DNA from: Macrostomum lignano | Taxonomy: Eukaryota | Length of the DNA: 64,000 nucleotides | Reading direction: 5' to 3' | Assembly: GCA_002269645.1 (NCBI GenBank) | Contig: NIVC01000082.1 | Span: 1-64,000 of the forward strand | Shown: piece after piece, positions 1 to 11,561 of the stretch | Position numbering within the stretch: position 1 is the first letter of the stretch | Layout: each line of letters begins with the position of its first letter | Notes under the pieces: model-generated | What the model saw: only the letters and a program-made list of their open reading frames with translations | Database searches by the model: none | Told to the model about the DNA's origin: nothing | Translations under genes and position numbers: made by a program

Positions 1-196
1 TCTGACCATAAATTATTACTTTGAAAGGATTGGCACCAACCATTGCAGAGGTGCGGCAACAGCTGCGAATTGAGGAGCCGCCTAATTTGAAGTGACTTGT
101 ACGAATATTTCATCATTTATGTGAGAAATTAATTGCTAAAATCATATTAGATATTAGAATGTACTATTCTTTCACCCCAATGGACCCTCTGTCCGA

Positions 197-378
197 TTCA
201 AAACCCCTTCCCCAATGTACACACCCGCTCCAGTTCAAAACCCTTCCCCAATGTACACCCGCTCCAGTTCAAAACCCCTTCCCCAATGTACACCCGCTCC
301 AGTTCAAAACCCCTTCCCCAATGTACACCCGCTCCAGTTCAAAACCCCTTCCCCAATGTACACTCTCTCCAGTTCAAA
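197..378. repeat. 35-bp minisatellite, ~5 copies (TTCAAAACCCCTTCCCCAATGTACACCCGCTCCAG)
   Basis: Direct tandem units; the overlapping ORFs show a 35-aa periodicity. Confidence 0.95.
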
Positions 379-627
379 CGTATGCGTCTACATTCTCTCT
401 ATAAAGCTAATATTCAAACAAATGCATTAAACGAATTGTTATTTATATTGAAATACACAGTGCATGCTAACTGCCGATTGACCTAAAACTGAGTTCTTGC
501 TGGGCTGCTTAACTGGCTCAAAATACGAGTAAACGATGAGTTTAGTAATTGCTGCTCTTAATTCATTTTTATTATTGATATTTAGCTCTAAGTCCCTAAA
601 TTGACTGACCTCTATATTTATTGCTAA

Positions 628-1015
628 AGATGTTTCGTACAGTGTTGAAAAAAAACTGTATTGTTCTGAAACTCAGAGACTAGCACACTAACGAACAGTC
701 GTAACACAGGCAAAAAGAAGCCTTTATTGAACTATTGAAAAGTGCAAAGGTGAGCGCAGGTACAAGAGAAGCACTGTTTCAAGGAACATACGAGTATTTC
801 GTCAGGTCTATTTTTAATTAGCTTTACATCTGCTATTGTGTCTATATCTGCCACAACCGCTATGCAAATGCATAAGATTTAGTGCTTGTCTTTGGCTAGC
901 ATAGCATTATTTTTTTATTCTACCTGCTTCTGTTAATGGCGAACGATTCCTATGAACAGGTAAGGGTGACTGGGACGCATACACCCATGAACTTAGAAAT
1001 GTATAATTATGTATC
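628..1015 (+). promoter_or_regulatory. Copy 1 of a duplicated 5' module (putative promoter/5'UTR + first coding mini-exon + donor) of the ankyrin-caspase gene
   Basis: Collinear diverged match to 1974-2380 (e.g. TTGTTCTGAAACTCAGA, CTAGCACA, TCTATTTTTAATTAGCT, AACAGGTAAGGGTG, AAATGTATAATTATG). Promoter function is inferred. Confidence 0.6.
936..959 (+). CDS. Alternative first coding exon MANDSYEQ, followed by a GTAAGG donor (phase 0)
   Basis: ATG at 936 and CAG|GTAAGG at 959/960. Paralogous to the MANESYQQ exon at 2317-2340 and phase-compatible with the acceptor at 2669/2670. Confidence 0.55.
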
Positions 1016-1099
1016 ATTAAGCGTCTTAATGCGTCTCACAATTAGAATGTGTGCTGCAAAAGTTTCCTGAATATCGCTTGCCCTGAGTAGCTACTGGGA

Positions 1100-1835
1100 T
1101 AACTTGCTATTGGGAGATGCTTGCTCTTGGGGGATGGAGGGTACTTGCTATCTGGGGGATGCTTGCTATCTGAGGTCTGGGGGATGCTTGCTATCTGGGG
1201 GATGCTTGCTATCTGGGGTCTGGGGGATGCTTGCTATCTGGGGTCTGGGGGATGCTTGCTATCTGGGGGATGCTTGCTATCTGGGGTCTGGGGATGCTTG
1301 CTATCTGGGGATGCTTGCTATCTGGGGTCTGGGGATGCTTGCTATCTGGGGGATGCTTGCTATCTGGGGTCTGGGGGATGCTTGCTATCTGGGGGATGCT
1401 TGCTATCTGGGGTCTGGGGATGCTTGCTATCTGGGGGATGCTTGCTATCTGGGGTCTGGGGGATGCTTGCTATCTGGGGGATGCTTGCTATCTGGGGTCT
1501 GGGGGATGCTTGCTATCTGGGGGATGCTTGCTATCTGGGGTCTGGGGGATGCTTGCTATCTGGGGGATGCTTGCTATCTGGGGATGCTTGCTATCTGGGG
1601 TCTGGGGATGCTTGCTATCTGGGGTCTGGGGGATGCTTGCTATCTGGGGATGCTTGCTATCTGGGGGATGCTTGCTATCTGGGGGATGCTTGCTATCTGG
1701 GGGATGCTTGCTATCTGGGGGATACTTGCAGTCTGGGGGATGCTTGCTGTCTGGGGGATACTTGCAGTCTGGGGGATGCTTGCTATTTTGGGATCGATGC
1801 TTGAATGCTGTCAGGGATGCTTGCTGTCTTGGGAT
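1100..1835. repeat. G-rich 18-26-bp minisatellite (GGGGATGCTTGCTATCTG +/- GGGTCTG)
   Basis: Dozens of tandem units; explains the ORFs at 1104, 1121 and 1231. Confidence 0.95.
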
Positions 1836-1973
1836 GTTTTTTTTATAGGGAATGTCTGTTGTTTTTTTATGAAAGCTTTATTTCGCTGTCTATTTGTTTA
1901 TTGTAAAGAACAAGGATTCTATCCAGATGTCCCCCATTGGGGGGGGGGCGAAGATTGCTACTTTAATACTAAA

Positions 1974-2380
1974 AATGTCTGTACAGTGTTAAAAAACACA
2001 GTGTTGTTCTGAAACTCAGACTAGCACAATAACGAACAGTCATAACACAGAGGCCAAAAGAAATTTTATACCCAAGTAGTTCGTTTTGAGTAGAGTGCCT
2101 TGAAAAGAGCACTGTTGATCTAAGAGCAAATATTAGTACACTGTTTTAACGAACACTAGGGTGAATTGTCTCGTCATATCTATTTTTAATTAGCTGTGTG
2201 ACTTCTGCTATCGTGTCTATATATCTACCCACAACACTCAGCACATGCCAAAACTTTAGTGTCGTCTGAGGCCCAACATAAAATAATTATTTTAATTATT
2301 TCACCTGCTGCTATTAATGGCTAACGAGTCCTATCAACAGGTAAGGGTGCGCAAATGCTTTTAAATGTATAATTATGCAT
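1974..2380 (+). promoter_or_regulatory. Copy 2 of the duplicated 5' module, containing first exon MANESYQQ
   Basis: Homologous to 628-1015, offset about 1.38 kb. Confidence 0.6.
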
Positions 2381-5300
2381 CTTGCATCTAAGGTACATTT
2401 CAAAATTAGACTGTCCTAATGATACATGTACAGTTTGCGTCTTTTGAACCATTTCAAAATTGCTCCCATATCCGTGTCTAAATGCACCTATAAATATCCG
2501 TGTATTTTAAGCCAGCGCTTTCTAAATTCGTATTTAAATTTACACTATCGGAGTTCAGTTTATCACCAACCAGCCTTCGAATTATCAGAAGCTAGAGTGC
2601 GCCAGTATGCTCCTGCACTGACAAATAGCATGCACTACATAGGTTTGTGTACTTTTGCACAAATTTCAGGTTATACACCTCATTTTCGACGGAAATATCG
2701 ATCGTTTACTCGAAATAAAAAATCTACGCGAAATTCTGAAAGATAGAGACAGCAAAGGATGCACTGTGCTCATAGCCGTTGCAAAAGTTTCCTGTCCTCA
2801 CAAGCGATACTCGAGGTGCATTGAGCACATCCTAAAACTGGGGCAGACCCAGCCGCCGTAGACTGCAACGGCGACACGGCGGCTCACGTGGCGGCAAGGT
2901 GCGGCAACTTGCGGATTCTCGCTCTGCTACCGTTTGAGGCCAAATTTCTGACAAACGGAGAGAACTGCACCCCATTGATGGAGGCTGTGCGGAATTGCCG
3001 ATTCAGATGTGCCAAGCACCTGCTGCACTTGTTCAGGCAGAAGCGATATTTCCACAGAAAGAAGGAACTGTTGAATATCAGGAATAAGAAAGGAAAGACT
3101 GCGTTGGCCCTGGCCAAAGACAGCCATCATAACGGAAACATTGTACAGGAAATGGTCGAAATTATAAGCAAGTAAGCAAAAAAAGCAAATCAAGAACAAT
3201 GGGAGGAGTAAGAGTTTTGCCTGCAAATCTTTTCACCAGCAGCGCATTTTGCCCCAGATGTAGCTCACAAACGCATAGCTCACAGATGTATGTACAAATG
3301 AAAACCTACAAGAATATGCATTTGATATGCAGTTACCAATGGGGGGCAGATATCGAAAACAATGCACATTGTGTTGTACAGAGTACGCATTGGTTTACTG
3401 AGTACATTATAGAACACGCTGATCGCAACGGCAAAATGCAAACAAAGTGAATAAAGTTAGGCAAGCAAGCTCCACACAGTTACCCAGCTCACAAACGAAC
3501 GAACCGTCACTTCAAGAGGTAAAATGGGAACGATGCTCCGCAAAAGGGGCGAGTGTCAGAGCAAGATGAAATGGAGCCGGGCCGGGTGGGTGCAAGGCTA
3601 ATCACGCGGATAGGGCGTGCCAACCTTACATACCAGGCATTTGAGTGCAGAAATATTCAACAACATACTCAATTGACTAAACTTCCATTCTATTGATTCA
3701 CCGCAGCGAAGCAAGATTGTCGCTATCAGGTGATGGAAGCTCCACGGTCTTGCGAATAAAGTAAGTTTAAGTTAATTAAAAAACCTATGTAGTGATTTTT
3801 TAAATTTGCCACACGGAACTACAGAAAACTGATGAAGCCTCTTATTGACAAACTTACCAAACAGAGCCAATTCGAAAAGATGAAGCGCCTGGCGATAGAA
3901 GGAAACTACACCGAGCTGCAGCTGGTGGTCACTCGAGTTAATTGTGACCTGCCAGATGAAACGGGTCGTACTGTGCTCTCCTGGGCAGCTGAATCCGACA
4001 TCAAACCGTTAGAAAAAAAGCAACAAACGCTACACGCCTTAATTCAAGTCGGCGATCCGACGGCAGCGGATGTGAACGGCGAAACCAGCTTGCACTTTGC
4101 CGCACTGCGCAGTAAGATGCACGCGGTCAAGCTTCTGGTTGAGGAGGGCGTGCCGGTCAACATAAGCGACTCGAAGGCCAGACGCCAGTGATGTGGGCGG
4201 CAACATCGCCAAGCCAGGTTGCTAGCACAGTTCTCACCATGGTGAGCATGGGTGCCGACTGCACAATGGTAGACAGCGAGGGCAGGACGGCGCTAGTGCT
4301 GTCTAAGAGCAGCGCTTTGAACCCGGCACTGTCTACACTGATGCAGACGTACGTTAATTGCCTGCGAACAGTAACATATGCCTAGAGTGACTCTGGTTTA
4401 ATTTAATTCCGAATGCGCCTTTTGCAGAGCCAGCGGCGTCTCTCCGGACTCCTCAATAACGGAGAGAGACGCAAAAACGACTGCTGGCATGAGAAAGACT
4501 GAATCGCAGTTGTCCCTAACAGAGCGCATTCGCAATTGGAATTGGAGGAGCAACAGCAGCAAAAGGTTAGTCACCGTATTGGCATCTTTTTGAAAAAAAA
4601 ACTTTATTTCTTATTTTTAAACTCATGACTCGAAACGAAACTATTGAGTTGTATTGACACAAAAAGTGGTTGGGGAGGTTGTCGTACGATTTACTCCTAC
4701 TACATGTATAAGGGCCAACCCCAAGACAAAGTGTACGTACATGCCTGGCGATTAGAAAGGTAAAGGGCCACTCTACACCCTGCGTGAGCACCTACTCACA
4801 GCACAGCCTGTCTATTAGTAAAAACCCTGTCTGCCAGCATGAGGGTCTAGCTGAATAGTTGTTCGGTGCCGTGTTACGGGAATTCCGCCATGTACTTTTG
4901 CAATAGTAGGTTGCTTTCCATGCAGTGTCCCGATCGATCTATCGATTATGCGGTTGATTTTTACCAGCTCCGCAAAATTCTAGATTAGACATTACTGATT
5001 AGGCCATCTGATTAACTATGCCAAAAAAGTAGAAAGTAAAACTATTTTGTTGTTAAACGAGGTTGCTAGGAGATCCACCAGGAGACTCTAGGTCGGGCCA
5101 GCATAATATAGGTTGGACCTTGTGGAGCTGGGTGTTCCAACTGCTAGAGCTTGAGTCTCGTTAATCAGGCAGCCTGAGCGAGCACCCATCAGACAGGGTC
5201 AACACTCTGAGGATCCGTCCAGGACACACAAGCACCATCAAGGTTGACAAAACGATTTTATATTGCAGATCAAGTGGAGTTGAAGACGCACTTCGATACA

Positions 5301-6019
5301 ATCATTTGGCGTCATCTGGACTGTTTCAAGTTTTCAACATTTGCGATTACGAGGACAAAAGTAGATACGATCTACGCGTAGGATCTAGCAGCGACGTAAA
5401 TGCTCTACGCAAGATGGCGACCGAGCTGAGTTGTGAAATCGAAGTATTTGAGAATCAAGGACACAAGGAGATGAAGAAGCAGCTTAAAACGCTGGCAAAA
5501 GACAGCATGAGACTTGAAAAGCATGGCTGGCTGATATGCGTGATTATGGCCCATGGAAACAACGGAAAAATTGTAGTACCGGACGGAAAGGAACTGCAAA
5601 TCAAGGAAATTGTAGACCAGTTCAACTCCTACCATTGCTCAGCACTACAACACAAACCAAAGGTGTTCATCATCCAAGCGTGTCGTGGAGAACGGATGGA
5701 CGTTCAACGACCCACAGACTCTGGGCCCAGCGGTGACAGAAGTTCGTACAGCCCAGTCGAGAGCGACATCCTGATCTTCTACTCAGCCACCGAAGGATAC
5801 GCTTCGTACCGGGGCAACACCGAGGAGGAAGTTTCGCCATTCATACAGACTCTGTGCAAGGTAATTACGGAGTACCACCGCACTGAGCACCTGGCCGACA
5901 TGCTCACCATTGTGAACCGGCGACTCAAGGAGACTCCGATTGAAAGTGCGCAAGGTGTTGTTGCTTGCTATGCAGTGCCGCAGATTGTGTCCCAGCTGTC
6001 CAAGAAGCTGTACTTATGA
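2317..6019 (+). CDS. Ankyrin-repeat caspase (two ankyrin clusters + C14A caspase domain), ~664 aa after correcting two single-G frameshifts
   Basis: Exons 2317-2340, 2670-3171, 3707-3760, 3825-4348, 4428-4565 and 5269-6019, all GT-AG and phase-consistent once one G is added at 2840-2843 and one at 4176-4177. Ankyrin motifs: GDTAAHVAA, CTPLMEAV, GKTALALA, GRTVLSWAA, GETSLHFAA, GQTPVMWAA, GRTALVLS. Caspase motifs: LRVGS, MAHG, QACRG, SYRG. Confidence 0.85.
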
Positions 6020-6154
6020 AACGCGAAACGTGTCATACCGAAATCATGGACTTGCAATTTTTTGCATGTCGCAATTTCGCCTCCCTGAAATGAGACCCCC
6101 TACAGATGCGACTTCGGATCCACTGTTTCGAATGAAAAAATTCTGACTGATTAT

Positions 6155-8045
6155 AAGGCTCATGAGGAATCGCTGAGATTTCAAGGCTCGATCATCTGGG
6201 GATTGCTAAGATTTCAATGCTCATGGGGGAATTGCTGAGATGCCAAAGCTCATGGGGGAATCGCCAAGATTTCAAGGCTCATGGGGGAATTGCTGAGATG
6301 CCAAGGCTCATGGGGAATTGCCGAGATTTCAAGGCTCATCGGGGAATGGCTGAGATTTCAAGTCTCATGGGGAATTGCCGAGATTTCAAAGCTCATCGGG
6401 GAATGGCTGAGATTTCAAGTCTCATGGGGGAATTGCCGAGATTTCAAGGCTCATCGGGGAATGGCTGAGATTTCAAGGCTCATGGGGGAATTGCTGAGAT
6501 GCCAAGGCTCATGGGGGAATTGCTGAGATGCCAAGGCTCATGGGGGAATTGCTGAGATGCCAAGGCTCATGGGGGAATTGCTGAGATGCCAAGGCTCATG
6601 GGGGAATTGCTGAGATGCCAAGGCTCATGGGGGAATTGCTAAGATGCCAAGGCTCATGGGGAATTGCTGAGATTCCAAGGCTCATGGGGGAATTGCTGAG
6701 ATGCCAAGGCTCATGGGGGAATTGCTGAGATGCCAAGGCTCATGGGGAATTGCTGAGATGCCAAGGCTCATTGGGGAATGGCTGAAATTTCAAGTCTCAT
6801 GGGGGAATTGCCGAGATTTCAAGGCTCATCGGGGAATTGCTGAGATGCCAAGGCTCATGGGGAATTGCTGAGATGCCAAGGCTCATGGGGGAATTGCTGA
6901 GATGCCAAGGCTCATGGGGGAATTGCTGAGATGCCAAGGCTCATGGGGAATTGCTGAGATGCCAAGGCTCATGGGGGAATTGCTAAGATGCCAAGGCTCA
7001 TGGGGAATTGCTGAGATTTCAAGGCTCATGGGGGAATTGCTGAGATGCCAAGGCTCATGGGGAATTGCTGAGATTTCAAGGCTCATGGGGGAATTGCTGA
7101 GATTTCAAGGCTCATGGGGGAATCGCCGAGATTTCAAGGCTCATGGGGGAATCGCCAAGATTTCAAGGCTCATGGGGGAATCGCCAAGATTTCAAGGCTC
7201 ATGGGGGAATCGCCAAGATTTCAAGGCTCATTGGGGAATGGCTGAGATTTCAAGGCTCATTGGGAATGGCTGAGATTTCAAGTATCATGGGGGAATTGCC
7301 GAGATTTCAAGGCTCATGGGGGAATTGCTGAGATGCCAAGGCTCATGGGGGAATTGCTGAGATGCCAAGGCTCATGGGGAATTGCTGAGATGCCAAGGCT
7401 CATGGGGAATTGCTGAGATTCCAAGGCTCATGGGGGAATTGCTGAGATGCCAAGGCTCATGGGGGAATAGCTGAGATTTCAAGGCTCATAGGGGAATAGC
7501 TGAGATTTCAAGGCTCATAGGGGAATTGCTGAGATGCCAAGGCTCATAGGGGAATAGCTGAGATTTCAAGGCTCATAGGGGAATAGCTGAGATTTCAAGG
7601 CTCATGGGGGAATAGCTAAGATTTCAAGTCTCATGGGGGAATCGCTGAGATTTCAAGGCTCATGGGGGAATAGCTGAGCTTTCAAGGCTCATGGGGGAAT
7701 AGCTGAGCTTTCAAGGCTCATAGGGGAATAGCTGAGATTTCAAGGCTCATGGGGGAATCGCTGAGATTTCAAGGCTCATGGGGGAATCGCTGAGATTTCA
7801 AGGCTCATGGGGGAATAGCTGAGCTTTCAAGGCTCATGGGGGAATAGCTGAGCTTTCAAGGCTCATGGGGGAATAGCTGAGCTTTCAAGGCTCATAGGGG
7901 AATTGCTGAGATGCCAAGGCTCATGGGGAATTGCTGAGATGCCAAGGCTCATGGGGGAATTGCTGAGATGCCAAGGCTCATGGGGGAATCGCCGAGATTT
8001 CAAGGCTCATGGTGAGATTTGGGATGAGATTTGAGATTTGAATGG
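6155..8045. repeat. 28-29-bp minisatellite (AAGGCTCATGGGGGAATTGCTGAGATGCC/TTTC), ~65 copies
   Basis: Continuous tandem array starting ~135 bp after the caspase stop. Confidence 0.95.
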
Positions 8046-8786
8046 CTGAGAAAGGCTGAGCATGGGAAGGCATGATGAAAGTTCCTTAGAGCCTCATATT
8101 TTACCTGTAAAAATAACTGTTTCCTAACGGGAGTGTGTTCCACAAGTCCTACCCATTTTGGGTATTTATTGATCAACAAAACAGAAGCAGACACTTTCAC
8201 CGTAAAACATATGGAACACCCCTCGTACTTAAGCATGATATTATCTCGTAGTTAAGTAATGGACAGTTTTATTTAATAAATATACCAGTAAACGTGAGTT
8301 TGTTATGCCTAAAGTAAAAATAATTAATTGATGTCTAAATAGATGAATACATTTTTGACTAACTTATCCTAAAATTGTTGTTCTGCATATTTGTAACAGG
8401 GTAACGACTTTGTTATATCTGCATACGAGCGTACGAGAGACAGGTAATTTACATGTAAGACAAGCAAAATTCCTCAATTTAAACTGATGTATTAATAACA
8501 TTTAAGTTGGTAACTTGTACTAATTTATTTATTGAAAAACTCTCACGAAAATTTTACCCCATTATCTTTATAGCATAATGACATGACTATGACATGGCTG
8601 AATAAATGTAACAATGATGTAACAAAATGTAACAAAACTGTGCAGTTTCGAAAATCCCAATACAGTACTGTACTAAACCATAAAAATTTATTACATAAAG
8701 CGACGATTTCAGTTATTAGTTTTAGCAGCATGAAACTTAAGGTTGTAGGGTGTTATACAAGTGGTAACAAAGTTTTTATTAATATC

Positions 8787-9290
8787 TAGAGGAGAGAAGA
8801 GGAGGGAGAGGAGAGGAGAGAAGAGAGTAAAAGAGATAGAGGAAAGAGGAGAGGAGGGGGAGAGGAGAGGGGAAAGAGAGGAGAAGAGAAGAGAGGAAAG
8901 AGGAGAGAAGAGAGGAGAAAAAGGAGAGGAGAGTGGAGAGAGAGAGGGGGAGGAGAGAGAGGAGAGTGGAGAGGTGAGAAGAGAAGAGAGGAGAGCGAAG
9001 AGAGGAGAGGGAAAGAGAAAGCAAAAAGGAGGAGAGGAGAGAGAGAGAGGAGAGAAGAGGACAGAGGAGAGAAGAGAGTAAAAGAGATAGAGGAAAGAGG
9101 AGAGGAGGGGGAGAGGAGAGGGGAGAGAGGAGAGAAGAGAGGAGAGGAGAGAGGAGAGGAGAGAAGAGAGGAGAGTGGAGAAGTGAGAAGAGAAGAGAGG
9201 AAGAGAAGAGCGAATAGAGAGGAGAGCGAAGAGAGAGGAGAGGAGAGAGAGGAAAGAGGAGAAGAGAGAGGAGAGGAAATTAGAGAGAAA
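8787..9290. repeat. Polypurine (GA-rich) low-complexity tract
   Basis: Almost only A/G, with an internal duplicated block; explains the E/R/G and S/L/P ORFs. Confidence 0.95.
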
Positions 9291-10689
9291 GGCTGAAAAG
9301 GCTGCCAGTCTCAGGCGTGTCGGATTGGTATTGTTAAGTTTCAAAGGACCCGAGGGCCGGATGGAGGTTTGATCCAAAATAGAACTGTTAGAAGGAGAAA
9401 CTAAGAAAACACATTGCAAATAAATTTAGTAATGGATGGCTCTCAACTATAAGCAATATATAGATGCAGCTCTGTTGGGTTTTTTGTGCATAAAATATAT
9501 ATTTATATTCCAATGTTGTTGCTTGCTGCAAGGTCAAGGTCAAGACAATGCGTTGCAAAAATCAATAATAATAATAGTAATAATAATAACAATAATACAT
9601 TAAATTATATAATACAAAGACAAAGGAACTTAACGCATTCACAGAGCATACAGGAGAATAGCAAAATGACAACGACTTCCAGGTTTGATAAAAACAGTTT
9701 CTTTTGTTATTATATAACTGAAGTTAAATCGGGACTGATGCTTTTTTGTCTACAAAAACCTAAACGGAGCATTACTAACTACACAGGTACTATTTAAAGG
9801 TGTAATCATTTTTTTTACACTTGAGCGCGCAGGTTAGGGTACTATAGTATTACACCACACACTGCAGCCCAAATTAATAGATGGGAAATATTATAAAGCA
9901 CTGGCTGTACTTGTTAAGTAAGTTACTAAAGTGGCAAAAAGTGTACAGCAGGAAATACGCAAGCAGATCGTCTCTAAAATTATAGTTTTAATCTTTTATT
10001 AGTTCATGCACGCGCAGACAGAATCTGTTAGCATATGTTTCTTTTTGCATACCTGAAATTGCATCGCAGGCATCATTCATAACGATCCGGGAAACTGAGA
10101 ACCAACTTTATAAGCGACTGACACAACTGTACAGAGGAGATGTAAGTCTATTATATAAAAAGTACAGCATGTACTACAACACCTGCGCAAATTTAAATTA
10201 AATTATCTCACTTTAAGGACGAAACAAAAACACTTTTTCAGTTTTTTAAGAGAAAAAAATTAACAAAAATACTCGTCACATGCCTACTAATAGAAGTAGT
10301 GCAGTTAGGTTGAGCCACCCGACTGTTAAATCTGAGTAAAGAAAGAGCGATAAATTTTCAATCCGTATAACAAAAATTACACGAATTCAGTTGAAGCACG
10401 CAGAAACAATGCAAAAAAGAGGCAAATTAATCAGATTCACCTGTTGCCACCGAACCTGACTTTTTATTATCACACTATGCAGTACTCGTATGTAGTTATA
10501 GTAAATTACATTATTATACACAAAGATATGCTCAAATCACTACTAACTAATCAGTAGGAACCAAATGGTCGAATTAGTTAAAATAATGCGAATGTTTCAA
10601 GCTACGATAAATTAGGAGACAGTGCTCAGTTTAGCTCTCATTACTAATTAAAGATGTTTTAATAATATTTTATTAGGCGCCACGGTTTT

Positions 10690-11355
10690 TATACTTTGAT
10701 TTGGCGCCAATTCTAAAGTTTTTTTATTTGGTCCCACTGCTAAAGATTTAGCTTTGGCGCCAATTTCAAAGATTGTGAGTTGGCGCCAATTCTGGCGATT
10801 TTTATTTAGCACCAATACTAGAGATTGTGATTTGGCGCCAATTCCAGAGATTGTGATTATGGTGATTATGTGATTCTTTTTAAGTGATTCTGTGACTCTG
10901 GAATCTCTATTCCAGAGATTTTGATTCGGCGCCAATTCCAGAGATTTTGATTTGGCGCCAATTCCAGAGATTTTGATTTGGCGCCAATTCCAGAGATTGT
11001 GATTTGGCGCCAATTGCAGAGATTTTGATTTGGCGCCAATTCCAGAGATTTTGATTTGGCGCCAACTCCAGAGATTTTGATTTGGCGCCAATTCCAGAGA
11101 TTTTGATTCGGCGCCAATTCCAGAGATTTTGATTCGGCGCCAACTCCAGAGATTTTGATTTGGCGCCAACTCCAGAGATTTTGATTTGGCGCCAACTCCA
11201 GAGATTTTGATTTGGCGCCAATTCCAGAGATTTTGATTCGGCGCCAATTCCAGAGATTTTGATTCGGCGCCAATTGCAGAGATTTTGATTTGGCGCCAAT
11301 TCCAGAGATTTTTGATTTGGCGTCTATTCCAGAGATTTTGATTTGGCGCTAATTG
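10690..11355. repeat. 26-bp minisatellite with a palindromic TTGGCGCCAA core; degenerate toward 10690
   Basis: Unit TTTTGATTTGGCGCCAATTCCAGAGA; the ORFs show 26-aa periodicity. Confidence 0.93.
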
Positions 11356-11561
11356 CAGTATTACGATTTGCATCAGTAAAAATGAGCACGAGTCCAATAA
11401 TGTAAAACTACTCTACAAACTAAACTAAATGGAAGCCAGTATTTTATCTAAAATGAATGTAACCAGATTAACCTTCACGCACCTTTAAAGCTAGTCTCGC
11501 AGAATCTACTTTCAGTTGGCAATTTAAAAAAAGTCCAATATATTTAAAGTTCAACTCGTCG

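Noticed and set aside
159-2012. Long ORFs at 159-486 and 1104-2012
   Set aside because: They are translations of 35-bp and 18-26-bp tandem repeats, open in several frames at once.
2840-4177. Programmed ribosomal frameshifting as an explanation for the caspase-gene shifts
   Set aside because: There is no X XXY YYZ slippery heptamer or downstream structure at either site; homopolymer deletion is simpler.
8709-9419. S/L/P-rich and E/R/G-rich ORFs
   Set aside because: They arise from the GA low-complexity tract.
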